A stretch of DNA of 64,000 nt, taken from an uncultured bacterium. GTDB lineage: Bacteria; Eisenbacteria; RBG-16-71-46. The DNA lies in assembly GCA_964655175.1 (NCBI GenBank), contig CAZZLY010000001.1, forward strand, positions 95,049 to 159,048, in the 5' to 3' direction. The notes beneath the pieces were generated by a model. The model saw only the letters and a program-made list of their open reading frames with translations. It was not told where the DNA came from and made no database searches. A program made the position numbers and the translations under genes. This document shows, piece after piece, positions 1-9,919 of the stretch; within the stretch, counting starts at the first letter, position 1; the number at the start of each line of letters is the position of its first letter.

Positions 1-11
1 CCATCGAGCAG

Positions 12-1193
12 GTGTGGCGCACCGCGCGCGCCGAATCACTGGGGGTGCAGTGGGTGTCGCTGGCGCTGCGCATCGTGGGCGGACTCACCGCGTTGCTCGC
101 GTTCATCGAACTGTTCCTGGGGGTGATGGGCACCCGTGAGCTGTCGGGCGCCTACTGGCTGTGGCGCAAGTCGAGTGCGCGCGTCGACCTGTGGAGCACG
201 CAGCTCGATCTGACCTGCTGGGCGGTGCTCGCGCTCGTGGGTCTGGTGACGTTGCTCGTCTCGCGCCGGCTCGCGCGCGATCTGGACCGCCGCATGCAGG
301 GCGGGGACCCGGCCGCGCTGCAACAGCGGCTGGGACGGGTCGCGCTCACCGCGGCGCTGTTGCACGTGGGGGTCTGGATCATGGGCTGGCCGTGGCCGCA
401 TCGCTTCTCGGCGGCCATGGTGCTGCTGCTCGCGCTCGCGTGGCTCGCCGGTCGACCGGGCCGATCGGGGCGCTGGATGCGCGGACTCGCGATCGGACTC
501 ATGCCCGAGACGAGCGGGCGCGGCCTGTGGAACGGGCAGGCGCGTCGGCGCATCCTCGAACGCATCGTCGCCGCCGGGGACGGCCGTTCGCTCGCCGGGC
601 CGGGCACCGCGCTGGTGGTGAGCGCCCTCGCGATCGACTCCGGTCGCATCGGGCATTTCGTGAGTTGGCCCGACCCCGACCCGACGTTCGAGGCGCACCT
701 CGTGCAGGAACTGGGTGAGGTCATCCCGGTGCGCGATGCCGCCGGCATGGTCTCGGCCGCCGTCGCTTCGTCGGCCATCCCCGGTCTGTTCCAGCCCGAA
801 CGCATCGGGGGGCGCGACTTCGTGGACGCGGGAGGCTTCTCGAACCAGCCGCTGCACGTGGCGATCGCCAGCGGGGCGGACGCGGTGCTGGTGGTGCTGC
901 TGTCGCCGAGCGCGGCGCCCACCGACGTCCCGCCGCCGCCCGACGTGGCGACGCTCGGCGGGCGCCTGCTGGAACTGGCGAACTGGCGCGACCTGCAGAC
1001 CGAGTTGCGTCACCTGCCCGAGGGCTGGGGGCGCGAGGGCGTGCCGGCGCGCGTGTGCGTGGTCGAGCCGCCCGCACCGTTGCCCGCGTCGCTGCTGTCG
1101 TTCGATCCCGAGGGGGCCGGGACGCTCATCGAACTGGGCGAACGCGACGCGTGGCGGGCGCTCGCCGAGGCCGGCTGGCTCGAGCGCGCTTGA
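12..1193 (+). CDS. Patatin-like phospholipase with N-terminal membrane segment; may be 5'-truncated by window edge (frame open to position 3)
   Basis: Translated ORF contains patatin signature region (…DFVDAGGFSNQP…, oxyanion/DGG-type motif) and hydrophobic N-terminus; codon usage consistent with GC-rich host. Confidence 0.6.
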   Translation: MWRTARAESLGVQWVSLALRIVGGLTALLAFIELFLGVMGTRELSGAYWLWRKSSARVDLWSTQLDLTCWAVLALVGLVTLLVSRRLARDLDRRMQGGDPAALQQRLGRVALTAALLHVGVWIMGWPWPHRFSAAMVLLLALAWLAGRPGRSGRWMRGLAIGLMPETSGRGLWNGQARRRILERIVAAGDGRSLAGPGTALVVSALAIDSGRIGHFVSWPDPDPTFEAHLVQELGEVIPVRDAAGMVSAAVASSAIPGLFQPERIGGRDFVDAGGFSNQPLHVAIASGADAVLVVLLSPSAAPTDVPPPPDVATLGGRLLELANWRDLQTELRHLPEGWGREGVPARVCVVEPPAPLPASLLSFDPEGAGTLIELGERDAWRALAEAGWLERA

Positions 1194-1224
1194 GGTCCTC
1201 GGCGCGGGCGGTTAGGTTGCGGTC

Positions 1225-1650
1225 ATGACCCCCGACATCCTCGCCGTCTGGACGCTCCGCTGTGACGGAGGCTCGCGTGGCAATCCCGGCCCGGGTGCGC
1301 TCGGTTTCGTGCTGTGCGACGAGACCGGTCGCGAGGTCGAGGCCAAGGGCGAGTTCCTGGGCGTGTGCACCAACAACGTCGCCGAGTACCGCTCGCTCAT
1401 CGCGGGCCTGCACGCGGCGGCGCGTCACGGGGTGCATTCGCTCGTCGTGCGCATGGATTCCGAACTGGTCGTGCGACAGATGCTCGGCCAGTACAAGGTC
1501 AAGAACGAAGGTCTCAAGCCGTTGCACGCCGAGGCCCGCATGGCCGTCATGAAGGTGGGCGCGGTGCGATTCGAGTCCGTTCCCCGCGACGACAACGGTC
1601 GCGCGGACGGGCTGGTGAACGAGGCGCTCGACCAGGCGCTTCGCAGGTAG
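1225..1650 (+). CDS. rnhA: Ribonuclease HI (RNase H-like, 141 aa)
   Basis: Motifs VWTLRCDGGSRGNPGPGALGFVL…TNNVAEYRSLIAGL…VRMDSELVV match RNase HI catalytic DEDD fold (DGG…E…D). Confidence 0.75.
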   Translation: MTPDILAVWTLRCDGGSRGNPGPGALGFVLCDETGREVEAKGEFLGVCTNNVAEYRSLIAGLHAAARHGVHSLVVRMDSELVVRQMLGQYKVKNEGLKPLHAEARMAVMKVGAVRFESVPRDDNGRADGLVNEALDQALRR

Positions 1651-1651
1651 T

Positions 1652-2063
1652 CCCGAGTTCCACAGGTGATCGCGCGGAGTGTCCCGACGATCGTGCCGCA
1701 AGGTGCTGTCCGAGGGCGCTTCGTGAGGAAAGTCCGAACTCCATAGGGCAGGACGCCGGGTAACCCCCGGGGGGCGTGAGTCCACGGAAAGTGGAACAGA
1801 GAGCAGACCGCCAACGGGCGGCGCCGCGAGGCGCCGCTGCGGGCAAGGGTGAAACGGTGAGGTAAGAGCTCACCAGCGGTGACGGCAACGCCACCGGCTC
1901 GCTAAACCCCGTCCGGAGCAAGACCGCATAGAGGGGGAGGGGTGTGTCCCGCCCCGCCATCACCCCAGGGTCGGTCGCATCGAGGCGATGGGAGACCATC
2001 GCCCCAGACAAATGATCATCACGGAGCGATCCGTACAGAATTCGGCTTACGGGGAACTCGGGA
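1652..2063 (+). ncRNA. rnpB: RNase P RNA (bacterial type A)
   Basis: Conserved blocks GAGGAAAGTCCG…(P4 5' strand), GGTGAAACGGTGAGGTAAGAGCTCACCAG, ACAGAATTCGGCTTAC (P4 3' strand); 5' CCCGAGTTCC (1652-1661) pairs with 3' GGAACTCGGG (2053-2062) forming P1. Confidence 0.85.
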
Positions 2064-2213
2064 TGCAGTCGTGGCGCCCGCCGACGATTCGTCGGCGGGC
2101 GTTCGCGTGTCCGGTCGTCGCGCCATGAGCCGTACCTTGCCGCAGGGCGCGGCGCACCCGTAGACTGCGGGTTCTCGCCTCCGCCCACGCGTCCCCTCCG
2201 ACCCGGGAACCCC

Positions 2214-4001
2214 ATGTCGCCCAGCACGACCGCCTCCTCCAAGAAGTGGGAGAGCCTCCAGCGGGAGGGCTCGGAGGCTGCCGCCGAGCGGCTCGCCGGG
2301 GCCACGGAACTCAAGCTGGCGATGGCCCAGGTCCTCGTGAACCGCGGCATCCGCACCGCGGACCAGGCGAAGCAGTTCCTCGACCCGCACGAGGGGGACC
2401 TGCACAAGCCGTCCGAGATGCTGGGACTCGAGCGCGCCGCGCAGCGCATCCTCGCGGCCATCGATCGCGGTGAGCGCATCTTCATCCAGGGCGATTACGA
2501 CGTGGACGGCATCACCTCCACGTTCCTGCTCTACCGCGTGTTGCAGCGCGAGCTCGGGGCCACGGTCGAGTACCGCATCCCGAACCGGCTCACCGACGGC
2601 TACGGCCTTTCCATCGAGGCGGTCGACCAGGCCGTCGAGAAGGGCTGTCGGCTCATCGTGACCGTGGACTGCGGCATCACCGCGAACGAGGCGGTGGACT
2701 ACGCCGCCACGCGCGGCATCGACGTCGTGGTCACCGACCACCACGAGCCGCCCGAGGTGCTGCCGGCGGCACACGCGATCGTGAACCCGCTCCAGCCGGG
2801 TTGTTCGTATCCGTTCAAGCACCTCGCCGGCGTGGGCGTGACGTTCAAGCTCGTGCAGCAGCTGCTCGACGCCCGTCAGGGCGAACTCGCGTTCGATCTG
2901 GGCGAGGACGCGAAGACCTACCTCGACGTGGTCGCGCTCGGCACGATCGCCGACGTCGTGCCGCTGGTGGGCGAGAACCGCGTGCTCGCGCGTCTGGGCC
3001 TCGACCGCCTGGGCCTGAACACGCGGCTCGGGCTCAAGGCGCTGCTCGACGAGTCGCCCAAGCGCTTCACCGCGCGCAACGGTTCGGCGGCGAAGCCGCT
3101 CAACAGCACGCACGTGGCGTTCGTGCTCGCGCCGCGCATCAACGCCGCCGGGCGCATGGGTAAGGCCGAGCGCGGTCTCGAGCTGCTGCTCGCCGAGCAG
3201 CCCGACGAGGCCAAGCGCCTCGCCAAGGAGCTCGAGGGCCTCAACGACGATCGTCGCGTGCGCGACGGTGCGGTGCGCGAGGCGGCCAACCAGATCGCCG
3301 ACGGGCAGCTCACCGCGCATCCCGAGCAGCGCAGTCTCGTGCTCTGGGACGAGGCCTGGCATCAGGGCGTCATCGGCATCGTGGCCTCGCGGCTGGTCGA
3401 GCGCCTGCACCGGCCCACGGTGTTGATCTCGCTCCACGACGGCATCGGACGCGGTTCGGGCCGCAGCATCCCGGGCGTCGATCTCACGCGCATCCTGCAG
3501 GACTGCGACGACCTGCTGGTGACCCACGGTGGTCACGCGTTCGCCGCGGGGCTCACGGTGGAGCGTGACAAACTCGAGGCGTTCAAGGCGAGGTTCGAGC
3601 AGCTCGTGGCGGAGGCGCTGGAGGGTCGCGACGCGCTGCCTCCGATCGAGTACGAGGCCGAGCTCACGCCCGAGGACTGCGACCTCGATCTGGTCGAGCA
3701 GCTCGAACGCCTGGCCCCGTTCGGCCTGCGCAACACCGAGCCGGTGTTCCGCATGAACCAGGTCCGCATCCTCCACGCCAAGGAGGTCGGGCAGGGCAAG
3801 CACATCCGCTTCGACGTCGTCTCGGCGCGCGAGGAGCGTGGCAGCAGCCTCGAGGCGATCGGCTTCGGTCTGGCCGAGCATCACAGCCTCGACCACTTCC
3901 GGTCCGGCCGCAGCGCCGACCTGCTCGTCGTGCCCACGCGCAACGACTATCGCGACCAGACGCGCGTGCAGCTCAAGGTCCGCGACATCAAGTTCAACTG
4001 A
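2214..4001 (+). CDS. recJ: Single-stranded-DNA-specific exonuclease RecJ (DHH/DHHA1)
   Basis: DHH-family motifs IFIQGDYDVDGITS…, …VVVTDHHEPPE…; length 595 aa typical of RecJ. Confidence 0.9.
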   Translation: MSPSTTASSKKWESLQREGSEAAAERLAGATELKLAMAQVLVNRGIRTADQAKQFLDPHEGDLHKPSEMLGLERAAQRILAAIDRGERIFIQGDYDVDGITSTFLLYRVLQRELGATVEYRIPNRLTDGYGLSIEAVDQAVEKGCRLIVTVDCGITANEAVDYAATRGIDVVVTDHHEPPEVLPAAHAIVNPLQPGCSYPFKHLAGVGVTFKLVQQLLDARQGELAFDLGEDAKTYLDVVALGTIADVVPLVGENRVLARLGLDRLGLNTRLGLKALLDESPKRFTARNGSAAKPLNSTHVAFVLAPRINAAGRMGKAERGLELLLAEQPDEAKRLAKELEGLNDDRRVRDGAVREAANQIADGQLTAHPEQRSLVLWDEAWHQGVIGIVASRLVERLHRPTVLISLHDGIGRGSGRSIPGVDLTRILQDCDDLLVTHGGHAFAAGLTVERDKLEAFKARFEQLVAEALEGRDALPPIEYEAELTPEDCDLDLVEQLERLAPFGLRNTEPVFRMNQVRILHAKEVGQGKHIRFDVVSAREERGSSLEAIGFGLAEHHSLDHFRSGRSADLLVVPTRNDYRDQTRVQLKVRDIKFN

Positions 4002-4003
4002 CG

Positions 4004-6199
4004 ATGTCGAACGGCAGCCCGCACCCCGAACTCCGCGCCGCGCTGATGAGCGCGTTGGTCGAGAAGGCGCCCAAGGTGGACCGGGATCGGATCGGCGCGT
4101 GCTTCGACTTCGCGGGGCACGCGCACGGGGAGCAGCGGCGCGACTCCGGGCAGCCGTTCTTCAGCCACGTCGTCGAGGTCTGCCGGATCCTCGTGGACCT
4201 GTTCGAGGCACGCCTCGACACGACGTTGGCCTGCGCGGCGCTGCTGCACGACGTCGTCGAGGACACCGACGTCACGCTCGCGGACGTCGAGAAGCACTTC
4301 GGCAAGGAGGTCGCCTCGCTCGTCGAGGGCGTCACCAAGCTGTCGGGGTTGCACTTCGACAGCCGCGAGGAGGCGCAGGCCGAGAACTTCCGCAAGATGC
4401 TGCTGTCCATGTCGCGCGACCTGCGGGTCATCTTCATCAAGCTCGCCGATCGGCTGCACAACATGCGCACGATCGAGTTCCTCAAGGGCGACCGCGCCCG
4501 GCGCATCGCCGAGGAGACGCGCGACATCTACGCGCCGCTCGCGCATCGACTGGGTATGGCCGGGATCAAGCGCGAGCTCGAGGACCGCGCCCTCAAGGTG
4601 CTCGAGCCCGAGGCCTACGCCGAGCTCGCCAAGCGCATCCAGATCCGCATCGCCGAACGCGACGCGTTCCTGGCCGGGGTGAGCGAGCGGCTGCGCGACG
4701 CGCTCAAGGCCGTCGGGCTCAAGGCCGAGGTCATCGGGCGCCCCAAGCACTTCTACTCGATCTTCAACAAGATGAAGTCGCGCCCGCTCGAGGAGATCTA
4801 CGACCTGTTCGGGCTGCGCGTGCTGCTGCATTCGCGCAACGATTGCTATCGCGCGCTGGGCGTGGTCCACGACCAGTTCAGCCCGGTGCCCGAGCGGTTC
4901 AAGGACTACATCGCGACGCCCAAGAGCAATCTGTACCAGTCGCTGCACACGACCGTGCTCACCGAGACCGGTGAGATGGTCGAGGTCCAGATCCGCACGT
5001 GGGAGATGCACCGCATCGCCGAGACCGGCGTCGCGGCGCACTACGTGTACAAGCAGGGCGGCCGCGTCGACGAGGAACTCGATCGCCGGCTGGGCGGGTT
5101 CGTGACCCAGATCGCCGATTGGCAGAACGAGGCGACCAACGACGAGTACATGGACTACCTCCGCACCGCGCTGCACCAGGAGGAGGTGTTCGTCTACACG
5201 CCGCGCCGCGAGCTCAAGCGGCTCGCCAAGGGCGCCACGCCGCTCGACTTCGCGTTCCTCATCCACACCAAGGTCGGCGAGCGCACGGTGGGCGCACGCG
5301 TCAACGGCGAACTCGTGCCGCTGCGGCACGAGCTGCGCAACGGCGACATGGTCGAGATCATCACCTCGCCGCAGGCGCAGCCGCACGAGGACTGGCTCAA
5401 GATCGCGCGCACGACGCAGGCCAAGACCAAGATCCGGCATTGGCTGCGGCAGAAGCGCCTCACCGACAGCGTGCAGTTGGGCCGCGAGATGCTGTTGCGC
5501 GAGCTCAAGCGCCTGCGCGTGAAGGCCGGCGACGCCGAACTGCAGCCGATCGCCAAGGACGAGGACTGTCCCGACCTCGAGACGCTGTACGCGCGCATCG
5601 CGGAAGGACAGATCTCGCTCGCGAGCATCGCGCGGCGTTTCACGCCCGAGAAGGAGGGCCTCGCCGAACGGTTGGTCAAGGGCCCGCTCGAAGCGCTCGG
5701 CGTCGGCCGCAAGCCCACCGGCGGGGTGCGCATCCAGGGCATCGACAACGTCATGGTGACCTACGCCCGATGCTGCCAGCCGGTCCCCGGCGACCCCGTC
5801 GTCGGACTCATCACCGTGGGCCGCGGCGTGTCGGTGCATCGGCAGGACTGCCCCAACACGTTCGGCGACAAGGCCGCGCCCGAGCGACGCATCCCGGTGG
5901 ATTGGGACGCGCGCCCGCAGGACACGTTCCCGGTGCGGCTGGTGATCTCGGGGCAGGACCGACCCTCGCTGCTCGCCGACATCGCCAAGGTGCTGTCGGG
6001 TGCGGGCGTCAACGTGCGCACCGCCGGCATGCAGTCCGAGCATCACATGGTGCGCGGCGTGTTCGTCATCGAGGTGCCCAACGCCGGCCGGCTCGTCGAG
6101 GTCATGAACGCGCTGCGCAAGCTGCCCGGTGTCTCGCGCGTCGAGCGGCGCCTGCGACTGCTCAAGCCCTCCAAGCGCGGTTCGAGCGACCGCTCATGA
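4004..6199 (+). CDS. rel: Bifunctional (p)ppGpp synthetase/hydrolase Rel (HD + RelA/SpoT + TGS + ACT)
   Basis: HD hydrolase motif (LLHDVVEDT), synthetase domain (…YQSLHTTV…), TGS and C-terminal ACT-like region; 731 aa. Confidence 0.9.
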   Translation: MSNGSPHPELRAALMSALVEKAPKVDRDRIGACFDFAGHAHGEQRRDSGQPFFSHVVEVCRILVDLFEARLDTTLACAALLHDVVEDTDVTLADVEKHFGKEVASLVEGVTKLSGLHFDSREEAQAENFRKMLLSMSRDLRVIFIKLADRLHNMRTIEFLKGDRARRIAEETRDIYAPLAHRLGMAGIKRELEDRALKVLEPEAYAELAKRIQIRIAERDAFLAGVSERLRDALKAVGLKAEVIGRPKHFYSIFNKMKSRPLEEIYDLFGLRVLLHSRNDCYRALGVVHDQFSPVPERFKDYIATPKSNLYQSLHTTVLTETGEMVEVQIRTWEMHRIAETGVAAHYVYKQGGRVDEELDRRLGGFVTQIADWQNEATNDEYMDYLRTALHQEEVFVYTPRRELKRLAKGATPLDFAFLIHTKVGERTVGARVNGELVPLRHELRNGDMVEIITSPQAQPHEDWLKIARTTQAKTKIRHWLRQKRLTDSVQLGREMLLRELKRLRVKAGDAELQPIAKDEDCPDLETLYARIAEGQISLASIARRFTPEKEGLAERLVKGPLEALGVGRKPTGGVRIQGIDNVMVTYARCCQPVPGDPVVGLITVGRGVSVHRQDCPNTFGDKAAPERRIPVDWDARPQDTFPVRLVISGQDRPSLLADIAKVLSGAGVNVRTAGMQSEHHMVRGVFVIEVPNAGRLVEVMNALRKLPGVSRVERRLRLLKPSKRGSSDRS

Positions 6200-6666
6200 G
6201 GGCCCTCGTGCAGCGGGTCACGCACGCCCGCGTCACCGTGGACGCGCGGGTCACGGGGGAGATCGGCACGGGCCTGCTCGTGCTGCTCGGGGCGACGCAC
6301 ACCGACGGCGAGGCCGAGGTCTCGTGGCTCGCGGCCAAGGTCGCGGGGCTGCGCGTGTTCGCCGACGACGCCGGCAAGATGAACCGCGACGTGCGCGAGG
6401 CGGGCGGCGGCGTGCTGGTGGTGCCGCAGTTCACGCTGTACGGCGACGCGCGTCACGGCCGCCGGCCCGAGTTCACCGCGGCGGCGCGCCCCGAGGTGGC
6501 CGAACCGTTGTTCGAGCGCTTCTGTCGGGCGCTCGCGGACCATGGGGTGACCGTGGCGCGCGGCGTCTTCCGCGCGCACATGGCGGTCGAGCTGCTCAAC
6601 GACGGACCGGTGACGATCGCGATCGAGACGCCGGGAGCCACGGCGGGCGAGGGGACTGCATCATGA
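6196..6666 (+). CDS. dtd: D-aminoacyl-tRNA deacylase
   Basis: MRALVQRVTHARVTVDARVTGEIGTGLLVLLG… and C-terminal SNDGPVT motif characteristic of Dtd; start ATG at 6196 overlaps rel stop (only the C-terminal 156 aa of listed ORF 4999..6666 is real). Confidence 0.85.
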   Translation: MRALVQRVTHARVTVDARVTGEIGTGLLVLLGATHTDGEAEVSWLAAKVAGLRVFADDAGKMNRDVREAGGGVLVVPQFTLYGDARHGRRPEFTAAARPEVAEPLFERFCRALADHGVTVARGVFRAHMAVELLNDGPVTIAIETPGATAGEGTAS

Positions 6667-7256
6667 AGGCGTCGCGTGCGCGACTGTTCTGGCGGGGACG
6701 CGCCCCGCTCGTGCTGGCGTCCGCCTCGCCACGACGCGTGGCGCTGCTGCGGCAGGCGGGGGCGGAGTTCACCGTCGTCGATCCGGGGCCCGATCGCGAG
6801 TGGCCCGGGCAGGCCGCCCCGCGGCACGGCGTGCGCGCGCTGGCGCTCGACAAGGCGCAGCGCGTCGCCGCGAAGCGTCCCGACGCGGTGGTGCTGGGCG
6901 CGGACACGGTCGTCGTGGTGCGCGGCGAACGCCTGGGCAAGCCCGCGAACGTGGCCGAGGCGCGCCGCATGCTGCAGCGCCTGCACGGGCGGCGGCACGA
7001 GGTCTGGACCGGACTCGCGGTGATCCACGGCCGCGAGCACCGCACGACCGCCGAGTGCACGGTGGTGCGCATGGCCCGGCTGAGCGAGCAGGACCTGGAG
7101 GCGTACCTCGCCACGGGGGAGTCGCTCGACAAGGCCGGTGCCTACGGCATCCAGGGGCTGGCGGGCCAGTTCGTGAAGGGGATCGAGGGCGATTACACCA
7201 ACGTGGTGGGGCTGCCGCTCCATCGCCTGCGCGGCCTGCTCGACGAGTTCGTCTGA
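6663..7256 (+). CDS. maf: Maf-like nucleoside triphosphate pyrophosphatase / septum formation protein
   Basis: LVLASASPRR…LL…, GADTVV…, KAGAYGIQG motifs of Maf family; ATG at 6663 overlaps dtd stop (ATGA). Confidence 0.8.
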   Translation: MKASRARLFWRGRAPLVLASASPRRVALLRQAGAEFTVVDPGPDREWPGQAAPRHGVRALALDKAQRVAAKRPDAVVLGADTVVVVRGERLGKPANVAEARRMLQRLHGRRHEVWTGLAVIHGREHRTTAECTVVRMARLSEQDLEAYLATGESLDKAGAYGIQGLAGQFVKGIEGDYTNVVGLPLHRLRGLLDEFV

Positions 7257-7377
7257 CCCCCTGCGGGCGCCGCCGCCGCGGCGGGCGCGGCCGCCGCACG
7301 CCTCGGGGGCGGTCCGGAACGGCGACAGCGGTACCGAATCCGCGGTCCCCCAAGGGGTTGCCCGGGGCCCGGCCGTC

Positions 7378-7407
7378 TTGACACCGACCGCCGCCACGGG
7401 CTATTTT
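7378..7407 (+). promoter_or_regulatory. Putative sigma70-type promoter for rplM-rpsI (TTGACA-N18-TATTTT)
   Basis: TTGACA at 7378-7383 and TATTTT at 7402-7407, ~110 nt upstream of rplM start; AT-richer than surroundings. Confidence 0.3.
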
Positions 7408-7514
7408 CCAGCGCTTCCTGTACACGGGTCCGGGCCGCTCGTCTCGGATCCTCACGACCGCATGACCCCGCGTGGGGCTCGAACGCGGTCGTTTCGGCCA
7501 TCATCGGAGGACGG

Positions 7515-7949
7515 ATGAAGACGTATTCCGCCCGCGAGAGTGACATCCAGCGGCGCTGGCTCGTCGTGGACGCTGAGGGTAAGACCCTCGGTCGTCTGGC
7601 GGCCCAGATCGCGACGGTCCTCAAGGGCAAGCACAAGCCGATCTACACCCCGCACATGGACACGGGTGACTTCGTCATCGTGGTCAATGCGGAAAAGGTC
7701 CGGCTGACCGGCACCAAGCCGGAGCAGAAGAAGTACTTCCACCACACCATGTACCCGGGCGGTGCCACGTGGACGCGGCTCACCGAGCTGCTCGCGAAGC
7801 ACCCTGAGCGCGTCATCGAGAAGGCGGTCAAGGGCATGGTCCCGCGCAATCGTCTCGGTCGCGCCATGGTCAAGAAGCTGAAGGTGTACGCGGGCCCGCA
7901 GCATCCGCACGCCGCTCAGCAGCCCGAGACCTGGACCATCGAGGCCTGA
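7515..7949 (+). CDS. rplM: 50S ribosomal protein L13
   Basis: Strong family similarity ([29 protein letters not shown]…). Confidence 0.95.
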   Translation: MKTYSARESDIQRRWLVVDAEGKTLGRLAAQIATVLKGKHKPIYTPHMDTGDFVIVVNAEKVRLTGTKPEQKKYFHHTMYPGGATWTRLTELLAKHPERVIEKAVKGMVPRNRLGRAMVKKLKVYAGPQHPHAAQQPETWTIEA

Positions 7950-7960
7950 AAGGGGATCCC

Positions 7961-8353
7961 ATGACGACGACGACGAAGCCCCTGACCGGCCGGCGTAAGG
8001 AAGCGGTGGCGCGTGTGCGCCTCGTTCCGGGCACGGGTCAGCGGATGGTGAATGGTAAGACCGCGTTGGACTACCTGAAGCGCGAGACGCTGGTGCTGCA
8101 CGCGTATCAGGCCCTCGTGGTGACGAATCTGACGGAGAAGTACGACGTCCACGCCCGCTGCATGGGCGGTGGTCTGACGGGGCAGGCCGGCGCCATCCGC
8201 ATGGCGATCGCGCGCGCGCTCGTTCGGCTCGACGAGTCCCTCAAGGGACAGCTCGGCCGCGAGGGCTTCCTCACGCGCGACTCGCGCATGAAGGAGCGCA
8301 AGAAGTACGGCCAGCCGGGCGCCCGCAAGCGCTTCCAGTTCAGCAAGCGCTAA
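7961..8353 (+). CDS. rpsI: 30S ribosomal protein S9
   Basis: C-terminal …[18 protein letters not shown] signature of S9. Confidence 0.95.
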   Translation: MTTTTKPLTGRRKEAVARVRLVPGTGQRMVNGKTALDYLKRETLVLHAYQALVVTNLTEKYDVHARCMGGGLTGQAGAIRMAIARALVRLDESLKGQLGREGFLTRDSRMKERKKYGQPGARKRFQFSKR

Positions 8354-8478
8354 CGCGCCGACGTCCACGCTTCACCGAACGACATCTCACACGTCCCCTC
8401 GCCGCGCCGGGGTCCCTGCACAGGGAGTGGCGCGACGAGCGCGAGGGGGCGGAGGAAGAACCCCACAGGAGGTCATCC

Positions 8479-9237
8479 GTGGCCGAGATCACGATGAAGG
8501 AACTGCTCGAAGCCGGTGTGCACTTCGGGCATCAGACGCGACGCTGGAACCCGCAGATGAAGAAGTTCATCTTCATGGAGCGGAACGGCATCTACATCAT
8601 CGACCTGCAGAAGACGCTCAAGTGCATCCAGGATGCGCGTGCGGCGATCGTCAAGGTCGCGCGCAACGGCGGGCACGTGCTGTTCGTCGGTACCAAGAAG
8701 CAGGCCAAGCAGATCGTGGGCGAGGACGCCGGCCGTTGCGGCATGTACCACGTCACCGAGCGCTGGCTGGGCGGCATGCTGACCAACTTCAAGACCATCA
8801 AGACGAGCATCAAGCGCTTGAAGGAGCTCGATGGCATGGTCGCCGACGGCACGATGGACAAGCTGTCCAAGAAGGAGGTCTCGCGCCTCACTCGTGAGCG
8901 CGTGCGCCTCGAGTTCGCCTTCTCGGGCATCAAGGACATGCCGGGTCTGCCGTCGCTGGTGTTCATCGTGGACACCAAGAAGGAGAAGATCGCGGTCGCC
9001 GAGGCCAACCGTCTGGGCATCCCGATCGTCGGCGTCGTGGACACGAACTGCGATCCGACCCTGATCAACTTCCCCATCCCGGGCAACGACGACGCGCTCC
9101 GCGCGATCAAGTTGTTCTCGGGCATGGTGGCGGACACCGTCACCGAGGCGCGCTCGATGTCCCGCGAAGGGGCCGATCAGGCGACCGTCTCGTTCGGTGG
9201 TGATGCCGCCGAGGCCGAGGCCGCTGCCCGCGGCTGA
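8479..9237 (+). CDS. rpsB: 30S ribosomal protein S2
   Basis: [32 protein letters not shown]… S2 signature; AGGAGG RBS upstream. Confidence 0.95.
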   Translation: MAEITMKELLEAGVHFGHQTRRWNPQMKKFIFMERNGIYIIDLQKTLKCIQDARAAIVKVARNGGHVLFVGTKKQAKQIVGEDAGRCGMYHVTERWLGGMLTNFKTIKTSIKRLKELDGMVADGTMDKLSKKEVSRLTRERVRLEFAFSGIKDMPGLPSLVFIVDTKKEKIAVAEANRLGIPIVGVVDTNCDPTLINFPIPGNDDALRAIKLFSGMVADTVTEARSMSREGADQATVSFGGDAAEAEAAARG

Positions 9238-9264
9238 CCGCTGAAACCCTGAATCGAACATCCG

Positions 9265-9295
9265 CGCCCGCCCGCATCGAACGTGTGGGCGGGCG
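9265..9295 (+). terminator. Stem-loop (9-bp perfect stem CGCCCGCCC/GGGCGGGCG) in rpsB-tsf intergenic region; possible attenuator/partial terminator
   Basis: Perfect inverted repeat 9265-9273 / 9287-9295 with 13-nt loop; no strong U-tract. Confidence 0.3.
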
Positions 9296-9321
9296 TTCCA
9301 ACACGCAGGAGAGACGACGAC

Positions 9322-9915
9322 ATGACGATCACCGCGCAGATGGTGCAGCAGCTCCGTGAGATGTCCGGGGCGGGCATGATGGAGTGCAAGAAGGCCCTCG
9401 TGGAGACGAGTGGCGACCTGCAGAAGGCCATGGACACCCTTCGCAAGGCCGGCATCGCCAAGGCCGAGAAGCGTGCCGACCGCGCCGCGTCGCAGGGCCG
9501 CATCGAGTCGTACATCCACGACAGCCGCATCGGCGTGCTGATCGAGGTGAACTGCGAGACGGACTTCGTCGCGCGCACCGACGACTTCGCGAAGCTCGTG
9601 CGTGACCTCGCGATGCAGGCGGCCGCCGCGAACGCCGACTACGTGCGTCGCGAGGAGGTGCCCGCGGATCGCGTCGAGCGCGAGCGCGCCATCTACGCCG
9701 ACCAGCTCAAGAACGAGGGCAAGCCCGCGAACATGATCGACAAGATCACCGAGGGTAAGCTCAACAAGTTCTACTCCGAGGTCTGCCTCATGGAGCAGCC
9801 CTTCATCAAGGACGACAAGAAGTCGATCGGCGACCTGGTGAAGGAGACCTCCTCCAAGTGCGGCGAGAACATCGTCGTGCGCCGCTTCGTCCGCTTCCGC
9901 CTCGGCGCGGAGTGA
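9322..9915 (+). CDS. tsf: Elongation factor Ts (short form)
   Basis: [29 protein letters not shown]…; ATG at 9322 preceded by AGGAGAG RBS (listed ORF begins earlier at 9283). Confidence 0.9.
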   Translation: MTITAQMVQQLREMSGAGMMECKKALVETSGDLQKAMDTLRKAGIAKAEKRADRAASQGRIESYIHDSRIGVLIEVNCETDFVARTDDFAKLVRDLAMQAAAANADYVRREEVPADRVERERAIYADQLKNEGKPANMIDKITEGKLNKFYSEVCLMEQPFIKDDKKSIGDLVKETSSKCGENIVVRRFVRFRLGAE

Positions 9916-9919
9916 CGGA

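Noticed and set aside
2019-3896. 625-aa antisense ORF opposite recJ
   Set aside because: Overlaps a well-supported recJ on the other strand; low-complexity R/A/G/E-rich translation typical of GC-rich antisense frames; no motifs.
3947-6046. 699-aa antisense ORF opposite rel
   Set aside because: Same reasoning: antisense to a conserved gene, biased composition, no domain signal.
4999-6666. 555-aa ORF in the + frame overlapping rel
   Set aside because: Only the last 156 codons (from ATG 6196) encode Dtd; the upstream 400 codons are an out-of-frame overlap with rel giving a low-complexity R/A-rich peptide.
7256-7515. Possible tRNA in the 260-bp gap before rplM
   Set aside because: No cloverleaf-compatible segment, no conserved T-loop (GTTCRANYC) or anticodon-arm pattern found by eye.
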